A DNA stretch of 64,000 nucleotides from Chloroflexota bacterium. GTDB lineage: Bacteria; Chloroflexota; Dehalococcoidia; Dehalococcoidales; UBA2162. The stretch covers positions 31,308-95,307 of the forward strand of contig JBDRLU010000069.1 in assembly GCA_043812795.1 (NCBI GenBank), read 5' to 3'. Made by a program: the position numbers and the translations under genes. The notes beneath the pieces are model-generated. The model worked only from the letters and a program-made list of their open reading frames with translations, had not been told where the DNA came from and made no database searches. Each line of letters opens with the position of its first letter. Position 1 is the stretch's first letter. Of the stretch, positions 46,432 to 56,351 are shown one piece after another.

Positions 46432-48378
46432 TCACCTCGGGCTCCCGAAGAAAACCACCGCTAGCGGGGGCAGGGTGAAGGTTATGGAACAGGGGCGGCC
46501 CTGGAAGGGAATCGGTGCTGCTTCCACGCCGCCAAAGTTACCGTGACCACTGCCTCCGTATTCCTTGGCATCGCTATTAAGTAGTTCTTTCCAGAATCCT
46601 GAACGCGGTACACCTATACGATAGTTCAGGCGAGGTACCGACGTGAAATTAGCCACTAAAAGCACACTATCGTTATTGACTCGTCCCTTTCTAACAAAGC
46701 TGACCACGCTTTGCTCGATATCTTTGCAGTCAATCCACTCAAATCCGGATGGAGTATAGTCCTGTTGGTAAAGAGCCGGCTGGCTCCGGTAGAAGCGGTT
46801 CAGGTCTTCAACCCAGAGCTTGAGTGCCGTGTGCGGCGGGTAATTTAAGAGGTGCCAGTCCAAGCTACCATCATGCTCCCACTCCCCCCACTGACCGAAC
46901 TCACCTCCCATGAAAAGCAGCTTTTTCCCAGGTTGAGCATACATATAGCCTAGGAGTAACCTCAAGTTGGCAAACTTCTGCCAATCATCCCCGGGCATCT
47001 TACCAAGAAGTGAACTCTTACCATAGACAACTTCATCATGAGAAAGGGGAAGAATAAAGTTTTCAAAAAAGGCATATATTAGCCGAAAGGTGAGATTATT
47101 GTGATGGTACTTACGGTAGATAGGGTCCATAGTCATGTATTCCAGCGTATCATGCATCCAGCCCATATCCCACTTGAGTCCGAAGCCTAACCCTCCAATG
47201 TACACTGGCCGGGATACCATCGGCCAGGCAGTGGATTCCTCGGCAATGGTCTGAACCCCAGGATTTTCCTGATAGACCGCTTCATTGAGGTGGCGTAGAA
47301 AGGCGATGGCCTCCAGATTTTCACGACCCCCATACTTATTGGGTATCCACTCACCTGCCTTGCGTCCGTAGTCCAGATAAAGCATGGAGGCAACGGCGTC
47401 CACACGTAGTCCGTCAACGTGGTGTTTGTCCAGCCAGAAAAGGGCACTACTGAGCAGGAAGCTCCTGACCTCGTTGCGGCTGTAATTAAAGATAAAAGTA
47501 TTCCAGTCAGGATGGATCCCCTGCTTCGGGTCCTCGTGTTCGTAGAGATGTGTACCATCAAAATAACTCAGTCCATGTTCATCGTTCGGGAAATGGGAAG
47601 GCACCCAGTCGAGGATGACACCTATATCATGCTGGTGTAGATAGTCAATAAGGTACATGAAATCCTGCGGGGTACCATAACGGCTCGTGGGAGCAAAATA
47701 GCCAGTAGTCTGGTAGCCCCATGACCCGTAGAACGGGTGCTCCATGACCGGCAAAAACTCAACATGTGTGAAACCCATTTGCTGTAAATACTCAGCAAGA
47801 AGAGGAGCCAACTCCCGGTAGGTGAGATGGCGGTTCTGCTCTTCAGGCACGCGCCGCCAGGAACCGATGTGTACCTCATAAATGGAAATAGGAGTATCCA
47901 GCGCGTTTCGTTCCTGCCTTTTCTGCATCCACGACTGGTCTCCCCAGTCATAATCTAAGTCCCAGACAACCGAGGCTGTTTTCGGTGGTATCTCATCATA
48001 GAATGCCAGTGGGTCAGCTTTGTCTACTTGGTAACCATGATGATGGGAAACAATGTGGTACTTGTAGAGGGCACCCTTACTTACATTTGGAATTAAGCCT
48101 TCCCAGATGCCAGATTGTCCCTTGGGACGCAGTGGATGGCTCGACTTATTCCAACCATTGAATTCTCCAGTGACGAATACTTGCTTAGCATTGGGTGCCC
48201 AAACGGCAAAATGGGTTCCTGCAACTCCGTCTACAATGGTAGGGTGGGCTCCCAACTTTTCATAGAGCCGATAATGAGAGCCCTCATTGAAGAGGTATAG
48301 GTCATTATCGGTCAATTTGCTCACATCGTATTTAACTGCTGCCTTTCTATCTTTCCTCTGTTCCATCCTAGACTTCAC
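46432..48378 (-). CDS. glgB: 1,4-alpha-glucan branching enzyme
   Basis: GH13 motifs [34 protein letters not shown]. The N-terminus is of CBM48 type. Confidence 0.9.
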   Translation of the reverse strand: MKSRMEQRKDRKAAVKYDVSKLTDNDLYLFNEGSHYRLYEKLGAHPTIVDGVAGTHFAVWAPNAKQVFVTGEFNGWNKSSHPLRPKGQSGIWEGLIPNVSKGALYKYHIVSHHHGYQVDKADPLAFYDEIPPKTASVVWDLDYDWGDQSWMQKRQERNALDTPISIYEVHIGSWRRVPEEQNRHLTYRELAPLLAEYLQQMGFTHVEFLPVMEHPFYGSWGYQTTGYFAPTSRYGTPQDFMYLIDYLHQHDIGVILDWVPSHFPNDEHGLSYFDGTHLYEHEDPKQGIHPDWNTFIFNYSRNEVRSFLLSSALFWLDKHHVDGLRVDAVASMLYLDYGRKAGEWIPNKYGGRENLEAIAFLRHLNEAVYQENPGVQTIAEESTAWPMVSRPVYIGGLGFGLKWDMGWMHDTLEYMTMDPIYRKYHHNNLTFRLIYAFFENFILPLSHDEVVYGKSSLLGKMPGDDWQKFANLRLLLGYMYAQPGKKLLFMGGEFGQWGEWEHDGSLDWHLLNYPPHTALKLWVEDLNRFYRSQPALYQQDYTPSGFEWIDCKDIEQSVVSFVRKGRVNNDSVLLVANFTSVPRLNYRIGVPRSGFWKELLNSDAKEYGGSGHGNFGGVEAAPIPFQGRPCSITFTLPPLAVVFFGSPR

Positions 48379-48455
48379 CCCCTTTGTAATTTGGGATTAA
48401 TTCCAAACGAACTAATGACCTTAGTCGACTCAAATAATCGCTCCAGGCTTGTTGC

Positions 48456-51400
48456 TCAAATGCTTACCTCCATCACTTGCAATATGCCTTGAAGAGGTAC
48501 CCTTACCCAGTTAGGCCGATTGTTGAGCTCATAGCCAATTTCGTAGATGGCTTTCTCTAAAATATAGGCGTCGAGAAGAATCCTTAGCTGGTCTGGAGAC
48601 TCAGGTAGTAGGTGAGCCTGTCTCATCCCATCTAGGTACGACGTCAGAAACGATACTGAGACCCAGACGTACCAGTACTGTGCCCAATGCTCCAGTACAG
48701 GGAGGTCGCTTTCTGCATGGGGCGCTAACGGTACCTGACGAAGAAGGGCGCTGTGAGCAGCATAGTGAAAAGAACGTATGAGCCCAGCAACATCCAGAAG
48801 AGGCGAGCGCTTGAGACGCCGTTCACTCAGCGAACGTGCAGGCTCACCCTCAAAGTCAATGATGACAAAGTCTTTACCGGTATAAAGAACCTGACCCAAA
48901 TGATAATCGCCATGGCAGCGTATTCTTGCGGCCGAAATCCTTTGCTTACGGATTAGTTGATAGCGTTCAATGATAGGCTTTTCTAAGTCTAGAGTCTGTT
49001 GCGCGTTTTCCTTAAGTTCTGGCGGCAGATCCTTTAGCTTCTCTCGTAGCAACTGCAGTATTCGGATGGTGAAACTACGCATAGACTGGTAGAGCGAGGT
49101 CTGGTACATACCTGAAAACGGCTCCGGAGTAAAGTCTGGGTCATCCGGCACAGAGGCCAGAGCCAAATGAAGTTCGGCGGTGCGCTGTCCCAGAAGCTGT
49201 GCCGAAACTAGATAGGGACCGATAGTCTCCCTCGCAAGAGAGGGAGGCTCCTTTAGCAACGATAGCAGGTGTCTCTGAGGAACGGGTGGCGCCTGCACTG
49301 TAGGATGTGATAACACAGATTGAAAGTAACGCTCTAGTGAGTCCAGAGTATAACGCCATGCATCCCCCTCGTTGGGCACGAAGCCCTGTAGGACGGCCAG
49401 ACTTATCGGCTTGCCCTTTGCCCGAGAATATTCAAGAGCACCCGCTAATGGAGAAATGTGAGTAAACGATGTCTTTTCCGTAAGAAAGCGGCCGATTTCC
49501 AGTTCCGGATTAATCCCCTCTCCAAGCTGACGGAAAAGCTTGAGTATCAATCGGTTCCCATAAACTACAGAGGTATTGGTCTGCTCCACTTTCATCGGGG
49601 TGGGTTCCAGAGGAACTTCATCTGAGCCACGGGTACCGCGGAAAGTCCGAGTTGACGAAGCGACTATCTCCCCGACTTTCCCTTTGAAACGGCGCCTTCG
49701 ACCGATGCTTTGCAAGAGGAACTTGCAGAAGCTCTCGTCTATCATAGCATCGCAGAGTAGCGATTCACTGTCTTCGCCTGGTACCCCGAGGCGAGCGACA
49801 ATAGCCTGGGACTGGTCACTACCAATCCCACCCATCTGGTCAGCAGAAGTGACAATGAGAGGAACTACATAAGTCTCCGGCTCACCCTCCGTGTAATCAA
49901 TCTGAATGAGGATAACACAGGTAGTAGATTGTGAGGGGTTCATTGGAATGACATCCGTGATTCGGGATGACCGGATGTCTCTCGCTTTACTGCGGAACCA
50001 GCGGCGGCCTCTCATATAGTTCTGCAGTACTGATTCCAGTACAGGCCAGTTTTCTTTGTCAAACAGTTCACTACCCGTCTTCGCGATGTTTGGGACCGCC
50101 ATTATTTCCTCTGAAGGCAGAGTGCGGAGTCGCAGTGTCTCTGTCGGCTGTGGTTGTAAGGAAAACCAGTAGAAGGCGTACGGGCCAAGAGTAAAATAGT
50201 ATTTACCATCACTGACTGGTGTGAACTCCACCCGCCCGAAAAGGTCGATCAGCCTCCAACCTGTAAATTCGGGGAGGTCCAATTGTGTCTGTTGTACCAA
50301 ACGTGAAAGATTAACAACCACCAGGATTGTCTCCTCCTTATAGCGCCGGAGAAAAGCTAGGACCCTGCGGTTTTGCGGTTGAAGGAATTCAATAGTGCCA
50401 CGGCTAAGGGACTGATAGTGTTTTCGCAGGGTAATAATGCGCTTCATCCACCATAGTAAGGAATCGCTATTGGCCTGTTGTGTCTCTACATTTATTGCCT
50501 CATAGTGGTATTCTGGGTCAACTACCGGCGGGAGGTAAAGTCTCTGCGGATTGGAGCGGGAAAAGCCGGCATTCCGTTCGGGACTCCATTGCATCGGGGT
50601 GCGTACCCCGTTGCGGTCTCCGAGATAGAAGTTGTCACCCATACCGATTTCATCTCCGTAGTAAATCACCGGCGTCCCGGGCAGTGAAAAGAGTAGCGCA
50701 TTCATCAACTCGATCTTCTTCCGGTCATTGTTTAGTAGTGGAGCCAGGCGGCGGCGAATACCAAGGTTGATGCGGGCAGCGGGGTCGCTGGCATAGATAC
50801 GGTACATGTAGTCCCGCTCCTCATCGGTGACCATCTCCAGTGTCAACTCGTCATGGTTACGAAGGAAAATAGCCCACTGGCAGTTTTCCGGTATTGGTGG
50901 AGTCTGCTGGAGAATGTCAACGATGGGGAATCGGTCTTCCATGCGGATCGCCATAAACAAGCGCGGCATAATGGGGAAATGAAAGGCCATGTGGAACTCA
51001 TCCCCATTACCAAAATAGGGAACTACGTCCTCAGGCCACTGGTTAGCCTCAGCCAAAAGCATGCGGTTCTTGAATTTGTTGTCAATATGTGCCCGCAATT
51101 CCTTTAAGAAGGCATGAGTTTCGGGCAGGTTTTCACAGCTGGTTCCCTCCCGTTCGTAAAGATAAGGCACGGCGTCCACTCGCAGCCCGTCAACTCCCAG
51201 CTTCAACCAGAAGTCCATAACCTTGAATATTGCCCTTCGCACCGTAGGGTTATCGTAGTTCAGGTCGGGTTGATGGGAATAGAAGCGATGCCAATAGTAT
51301 GCCTTGGCCAGGTGGTCCCATGTCCAATTGGAATACTCAAAATCCTTAAATATGATACGGGCTTCCTTGTATTTCTCTTGAGTGTCGCTCCATACGTAAA

Positions 51401-51809
51401 AGTCACGCGAACGGCTTCCAGGAGCCGACCTTCGTGCCTGCTGAAACCACGGGTGCTGGTCAGAAGTATGGTTAACAACCAACTCTGTGATGACACGCAA
51501 GCTATGGCGATGTGCTTCCTCAACAAAGGTTTTGAAATCACCCATTTGCCCGTAGATAGAGTGGACGTTGTAATAGTCAGAAATATCATAGCCATCGTCT
51601 TTGAGTGGCGAGGGGTAGAACGGAAGTAACCACAGAGTACTAACTCCAAGGTCTTCAAGATAATCAAGTTTCTCTATCAGTCCCTGGAAGTCACCAACGC
51701 CGTCGGCATCACTATCATGGAAGGACCTGACGTGAAGTTCGTAAATTACTGCGTCCCTATACCAGAGGGGGTCGTCTCGAAATGATAATATTTCGGTGTT
51801 TCTTATCAT
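48456..51809 (-). CDS. treS: Trehalose synthase fused to maltokinase (TreS-Pep2)
   Basis: The N-terminal GH13 TreS region reads YELHVRSFHDSDADGVGDF..GLRVDAVPYL..RNHDELTLE. The C-terminal maltokinase kinase-like region reads RCHGDYHLGQVLYTGKDFVIIDFEGEP. Confidence 0.9.
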   Translation of the reverse strand: MIRNTEILSFRDDPLWYRDAVIYELHVRSFHDSDADGVGDFQGLIEKLDYLEDLGVSTLWLLPFYPSPLKDDGYDISDYYNVHSIYGQMGDFKTFVEEAHRHSLRVITELVVNHTSDQHPWFQQARRSAPGSRSRDFYVWSDTQEKYKEARIIFKDFEYSNWTWDHLAKAYYWHRFYSHQPDLNYDNPTVRRAIFKVMDFWLKLGVDGLRVDAVPYLYEREGTSCENLPETHAFLKELRAHIDNKFKNRMLLAEANQWPEDVVPYFGNGDEFHMAFHFPIMPRLFMAIRMEDRFPIVDILQQTPPIPENCQWAIFLRNHDELTLEMVTDEERDYMYRIYASDPAARINLGIRRRLAPLLNNDRKKIELMNALLFSLPGTPVIYYGDEIGMGDNFYLGDRNGVRTPMQWSPERNAGFSRSNPQRLYLPPVVDPEYHYEAINVETQQANSDSLLWWMKRIITLRKHYQSLSRGTIEFLQPQNRRVLAFLRRYKEETILVVVNLSRLVQQTQLDLPEFTGWRLIDLFGRVEFTPVSDGKYYFTLGPYAFYWFSLQPQPTETLRLRTLPSEEIMAVPNIAKTGSELFDKENWPVLESVLQNYMRGRRWFRSKARDIRSSRITDVIPMNPSQSTTCVILIQIDYTEGEPETYVVPLIVTSADQMGGIGSDQSQAIVARLGVPGEDSESLLCDAMIDESFCKFLLQSIGRRRRFKGKVGEIVASSTRTFRGTRGSDEVPLEPTPMKVEQTNTSVVYGNRLILKLFRQLGEGINPELEIGRFLTEKTSFTHISPLAGALEYSRAKGKPISLAVLQGFVPNEGDAWRYTLDSLERYFQSVLSHPTVQAPPVPQRHLLSLLKEPPSLARETIGPYLVSAQLLGQRTAELHLALASVPDDPDFTPEPFSGMYQTSLYQSMRSFTIRILQLLREKLKDLPPELKENAQQTLDLEKPIIERYQLIRKQRISAARIRCHGDYHLGQVLYTGKDFVIIDFEGEPARSLSERRLKRSPLLDVAGLIRSFHYAAHSALLRQVPLAPHAESDLPVLEHWAQYWYVWVSVSFLTSYLDGMRQAHLLPESPDQLRILLDAYILEKAIYEIGYELNNRPNWVRVPLQGILQVMEVSI

Positions 51810-51815
51810 GAGATT

Positions 51816-52181
51816 CTAGTCACCAAGCAGAGTATGTACAAACTCCATCAATTCTTTGATACCGATTGGTTTGACCAGAAGAGCACCGGCCCCATGTTTC
51901 ATACTGTCCCGCTGAATGGTGGGACTACGCTGTGGCGAAATCACAATAAATGGTATCTTTGTCTTCCGCATTTGCTCGCAGCGCTGCCAGATGCGCTGGT
52001 CAAACCCAGACAGGTCTACGAGAGAAAGTGCAATACCCTGTTTCCCCTGGATAGCATCATCGAGTTCCTCCATACTAGCGGCGCTGAGCGTCTTGTAGCC
52101 CTCTCTACCTAATTGCTGTGATAGTAGTTCCAAATTTGTACGATTGGTACCCACCGTTAGAATCACCGGTTTCTCAGTCAT
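51816..52181 (-). CDS. Stand-alone receiver-like (CheY-fold) protein lacking the acidic Mg-binding pair
   Basis: The REC pattern has the phospho-acceptor-position Asp (LSLVDLSG), Ser at the T87-equivalent position (FIVISP) and Lys (LLVKPI). The N-terminal DD position reads VGTN. It sits 6 nt upstream of treS-pep2. Confidence 0.75.
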   Translation of the reverse strand: MTEKPVILTVGTNRTNLELLSQQLGREGYKTLSAASMEELDDAIQGKQGIALSLVDLSGFDQRIWQRCEQMRKTKIPFIVISPQRSPTIQRDSMKHGAGALLVKPIGIKELMEFVHTLLGD

Positions 52182-52227
52182 GGCTCACCCCCCCACCAGT
52201 TGGTGACAATTCCATCTGCCCTATCGC

Positions 52228-53712
52228 TTACCTACTCCCCCCACCCATCAGGGAGCGCATAAGTCCCACACCTCCAAGAATACCGCCCATCATCGTTAAG
52301 GTCTTGCCTACTCTTATTCCCCGACGAGTAATTTCAAACTCACACAAGTTTTTATCAAAGTCACTCGTACGTTTTTCCAATATACCAATGGTCCGGCGCA
52401 GCTCTCCTGCCGTCTCCACGTAGCGTAGAAAAATGACGTTGTCTGCCAGGTAGCTTATACCAGCTTCGGTAGCACGGAACTCACCGGTTATGCTTTCCAC
52501 TTCGCTAATCAGTATCGCTGTCACCCCCATGTTTTTCAGATAACGGCACAGCGCATTAAGATGAGAGGCCAAGTCCTTGCTGGCCAAGGAAAGTTGATAA
52601 CCAGCGGTACTATCCAGCATTATAATCCGGGTATTATTCTCCTCCACTTCTCTTCTCACCAGGTAAGCAAACTCATCAGTCGTGTAGTATAGCGGCTCTA
52701 TCTCCATTACAGATAATGTGCCTTTTTCCAACATAGAACGGACAGGCATCTTAATACCATCGCACCGGCGGAGCATGGTTTCTCTGCCTTCTTCAAAACT
52801 GTAAACCACCGAACGCTCTCCTCTCCCCGCTGCCTCCCTTAAAAACTGGAGACCGAGCGTCGTTTTGCCTACCCCAGCCGGACCGCTGATGATGGTAACT
52901 GTCCCCCTCTCCAATCCCCCATGGAGCATTTTGTCCAGTTCCGGTACCCCGAAGGTAAGAGACTCAACCACAAAGTCTCTATGGTATGCCCCGGGTATTA
53001 GCCGCGGGAAGACTTCCATGCCGCTGCTTCCCAAGCGTAAGGAGTGCTGTCCGCTTTGAAAGCCCGAACCGCGGAACTTAGTCACGCTGACCGTCCGTCC
53101 CGTGGTCGGGAAGTCCAGGCTAATTACTCCATCGCTCAGGAATTGCAGGTCATCGTCAGGAGCCTCAGTACTTCCTTCAGAGCAGAGGAGAACGGTAGCG
53201 CCTTGTTCCGTCAGATAGCGTGACAGGGCCAGCATTTGCTTGCGGAACTGGAAAGCATCAGTGGTAAGGTAGCGAAATTGGGTGGCTGAGTCTACAAATA
53301 CGCGACTCGGCTTGAGCCTTTCTATCTCTCCCTTAATTTTCTCAGTGGTTGCTCCCCTCTCCACTTCCGCAGGAGAGAAAATGTCATAGCTCTGTGACTC
53401 GGTAAAGAATTCTGAAGATGGGGTCAGATCCAGAAAGCTGACCCCCTTAAGGTCAAAACTCAGAGATGCCGCATTCTCGCGCACCTGTTCTTCCGGTTCA
53501 CCTAAGGTGATGAAGAGGACATTCTCACCTGCAGTTGCACCGTTGGTCAGAAAGTGCAAACCGACCGTGCTTTTACCAGTGCCTGGCCCGCCTCGAACAA
53601 GGTAGACTCGCCGGGCAACGAGTCCGTGGTGCAGGATTTCGTCCAGACCCGGTACCCCGGTGGATATACGCATTTCAGATTCCTTGTTTTTCTCCACTCT
53701 CTCGCTAGGCAT
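52228..53712 (-). CDS. KaiC-like double-domain RecA-superfamily ATPase
   Basis: Two KaiC-type modules: GVPGLDEILHHGL..GGPGTGKST and GVPELDKMLHGGL..GPAGVGKTT. Walker B-like DS motifs are present. The C-terminal block reads ISYLADNVIFLRYVETAGELRR. Confidence 0.8.
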   Translation of the reverse strand: MPSERVEKNKESEMRISTGVPGLDEILHHGLVARRVYLVRGGPGTGKSTVGLHFLTNGATAGENVLFITLGEPEEQVRENAASLSFDLKGVSFLDLTPSSEFFTESQSYDIFSPAEVERGATTEKIKGEIERLKPSRVFVDSATQFRYLTTDAFQFRKQMLALSRYLTEQGATVLLCSEGSTEAPDDDLQFLSDGVISLDFPTTGRTVSVTKFRGSGFQSGQHSLRLGSSGMEVFPRLIPGAYHRDFVVESLTFGVPELDKMLHGGLERGTVTIISGPAGVGKTTLGLQFLREAAGRGERSVVYSFEEGRETMLRRCDGIKMPVRSMLEKGTLSVMEIEPLYYTTDEFAYLVRREVEENNTRIIMLDSTAGYQLSLASKDLASHLNALCRYLKNMGVTAILISEVESITGEFRATEAGISYLADNVIFLRYVETAGELRRTIGILEKRTSDFDKNLCEFEITRRGIRVGKTLTMMGGILGGVGLMRSLMGGGSR

Positions 53713-53739
53713 TTGTACCTCCTTCAGGTTGGCTAATCT

Positions 53740-55734
53740 TTACAGGTAATAATCAAAGTCACGCTCACTACGCACACGCCGACGCACGCGCAAGATATGA
53801 GCTGGTACAATCTGCGGGTTGAGTTCCACATAGTTTCGTGAGCCCTGCCACAGGTAGCGAGCTCCGCTCAGCAGGTCATGCACCTGGTAGGGTTGCGTGG
53901 AATCAAGCCCCAGTATATCGAGAGGGAGTTCTAGCCAGCCCGAGTGGGTATGGTGAGGATCCAGATTCGCAACGACCACTATGATATTGGAAAAATCTTC
54001 GGTATGCTTACTGTAGCAAATCAGGCGGTCGTTATCTATAGGGTGGAAACTCAAGTTCGAGTCGCGCTGAAGCGCCGCATTTTCCCGGCGAATGCGATTC
54101 ACCCGACCGATAAAATCCTTCAAACTGTCTGGCCGGGCAGTATCCCAGTGCTTCACCTCATACTTTTCGGAGTCCAAGTACTCTTCGCTTCCCGGCTCCT
54201 TCGGTCGGTTTTCACACAGCACAAAAGCGGGGCCATAAATCCCGTAATTTGCTCCCAACGTGGCGGCCAGGGTAAGGCGCACCATAAAAGCTGCTCGACC
54301 ACCTGCCTGGAGATACTCCGTCAGGATGTCGGGGGTGTTTGGCCAAAGGTTGGGACGGAAATACTCACGCAACTCTGATTGGGTCAGGTCATCAAAGTAC
54401 TGAGTGAGTTCCCATTTTGTATTCCGCCAGGCAAAGTAGGTATAGGACTGGCTAAATCCGAGCTCGGCAAGCTGATACATTACGTTGGGTCGAGTAAACG
54501 CCTCGGCGAGAAAAATTACCTCGGGGAATGTCTTCTTAATTTCACTAATCAGCCACTCCCAGAAACTGAATGGCTTGGTATGAGGATTGTCGACCCGAAA
54601 GATGCGGACGCCTTGCTCAATCCAAAAGAGCATTATACTTTTGAGTTCCTGCCAAAGCTGTTTCCAGTCATCACTTTCAAAATTAAGCGGATAGATGTCC
54701 TGGTATTTCTTGGGCGGGTTTTCCGCGTACTGCACTGTCCCATCTGGTCGCCAGGAGAACCACTTGGGATGCTCCTTTACGTAGGGATGGTCTGGCGAAC
54801 ACTGGAACGCGATATCTAGAGCGATTTCTATACCATGTTCTTCGGCGTTAGAAACAAGCCGACGGAAGTCTTCTAGTGTGCCAAGCTTCGGATGAACAGC
54901 CATGTGCCCACCTTCTTCGGCACCAACGGCCCACGGTGTTCCTGGGTCACCCGTCCCGGCAATAATCGTATTGTTCTTCCCTTTTCGATTGGTATGTCCA
55001 ATGGGATGAATGGGTGGGAGATAGAGAACATCGAAGCCCATTTCGGCAATGTAGGGCAGTTGAGCTTCACAATCCTTAAAGGTACCATAGCGTCCCGGCT
55101 CTATTGCGCAAGAGCGGGGGAACATCTCATACCAAGTGCTGAAGCGAGCTTTTTCCCGATCCACAACTACCACAAGTTGCTTGGGGTAGGTAGCGACGAA
55201 CTTCCGGCTAGCGTATTTGTCCATGAGGCTAGCTACCTCATCACTCAAGGCTAGCTGAACCTTATCCTTTTCCATAACCCCTGGCGATTGCAGGTTTTTT
55301 ACCCACCCTTGCATAATCCGTTTGTCAGCGGGGGCTGCTCTTTCGCTTCCCTCGGCAATAAGTTGCGCACCGGCGAGAATATTGACCAAGATATTCTCCT
55401 GGCTAGCCTCGACCCTTTTTTGCAGATCCACTCGCCAGGACTTGAAACGGTCTACCCAGGCTACAATCGTATATACATAGCGCCCGAGTTCAGTTACTAC
55501 AAAAGACCCTCGCCAGCAGTCATTCCGCGATGGTTCCATTACCGTTTCGGACCATTTGGAGTCGTTCTCTGTGCGATATAAAAGACATGTCGAAAGACTA
55601 TCGTGGCCATCCGCAAAAACGACCGCCTCGATATTTACCTTCTCACCAATGACCCGTTTGATAGGGAAACGTCCGTCCTCAATCTCAGGCTCCACATTCT
55701 TGATAGTTACGCGAACCCTATCTTCGAATTCCAT
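53740..55734 (-). CDS. glgE: Alpha-1,4-glucan:maltose-1-phosphate maltosyltransferase
   Basis: The N-terminal block is V.P..DGRFPIKRV.GE.V...A.VFADGHD, followed by a GH13_3 catalytic core. Confidence 0.9.
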   Translation of the reverse strand: MEFEDRVRVTIKNVEPEIEDGRFPIKRVIGEKVNIEAVVFADGHDSLSTCLLYRTENDSKWSETVMEPSRNDCWRGSFVVTELGRYVYTIVAWVDRFKSWRVDLQKRVEASQENILVNILAGAQLIAEGSERAAPADKRIMQGWVKNLQSPGVMEKDKVQLALSDEVASLMDKYASRKFVATYPKQLVVVVDREKARFSTWYEMFPRSCAIEPGRYGTFKDCEAQLPYIAEMGFDVLYLPPIHPIGHTNRKGKNNTIIAGTGDPGTPWAVGAEEGGHMAVHPKLGTLEDFRRLVSNAEEHGIEIALDIAFQCSPDHPYVKEHPKWFSWRPDGTVQYAENPPKKYQDIYPLNFESDDWKQLWQELKSIMLFWIEQGVRIFRVDNPHTKPFSFWEWLISEIKKTFPEVIFLAEAFTRPNVMYQLAELGFSQSYTYFAWRNTKWELTQYFDDLTQSELREYFRPNLWPNTPDILTEYLQAGGRAAFMVRLTLAATLGANYGIYGPAFVLCENRPKEPGSEEYLDSEKYEVKHWDTARPDSLKDFIGRVNRIRRENAALQRDSNLSFHPIDNDRLICYSKHTEDFSNIIVVVANLDPHHTHSGWLELPLDILGLDSTQPYQVHDLLSGARYLWQGSRNYVELNPQIVPAHILRVRRRVRSERDFDYYL

Positions 55735-55975
55735 CGTAAACTTCCTTTATATCATCGAATCTATTGAGATTGGAAGAACTTATATGCATTAGTATCCCTT
55801 ACAGACATTCTAACTGATGCGAACGTAACCTTCAACCAATAAGCCCATATGTCGGGGTATAGTGATAATTTGATATTGGTGCGCCATAATACTCAAGATG
55901 ACCTTGCGGTAGAAAAGTGTTTAACAATCAGTATAGTATCTAAGGAGATTACAATACAGGGCACCGGAAACATTG

Positions 55976-56209
55976 AAAGCTCAGATGGCGGAGCTAGAGG
56001 CGCAGATCAAGGCTGGCCAGGATGCCATTATCAGTATACCAAAGCTAGAGAGCTTTATTGCGCGTATGTAGGGTCGGATATCTGCGCTGGACTTTGAGAG
56101 TAAGCGCCAAGTGTTAGATATGCTCGGTATCACCGTATGAATTGGCGGTGAGTCTGTGGAAGTAACTGGCGTGATAGATACAGAGGCTGTGATTGTGACT
56201 GCGACCCCT
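55976..56209 (+). pseudogene. Remnant of the C-terminal tail of a large serine recombinase (two in-frame stops, N-terminal ~80% absent)
   Basis: The frame reads KAQMAELEAQIKAGQDAIISIPKLESFIARM*GRISALDFESKRQVLDMLGITV*IGGESVEVTGVIDTEAVIVTATP. This is a coiled coil followed by an LDFE.KR..L..L...V.I.G..V.I.G.I pattern typical of that family's C-terminus. Confidence 0.5.
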
Positions 56210-56215
56210 TATTCT

Positions 56216-56279
56216 TATTTCCCTTCTCCTCACCAGGAGAAGGGAAATAACTTTTAAAGAGGGGGCTAAGCCCCCTCTT
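56216..56279. terminator. Two consecutive perfect hairpins
   Basis: TATTTCCCTTCTCCT-cacc-AGGAGAAGGGAAATA at 56216-56249, and AAGAGGGGGC-taa-GCCCCCTCTT at 56257-56279. They lie between the recombinase remnant and the 3' end of the minus-strand gene. Confidence 0.5.
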
Positions 56280-56351
56280 GTATTTACCCACTCTCTCCTC
56301 ATAAGCTCATAGGAACGTACAAAATGAATAGCAATACCTGTACTACCAACC

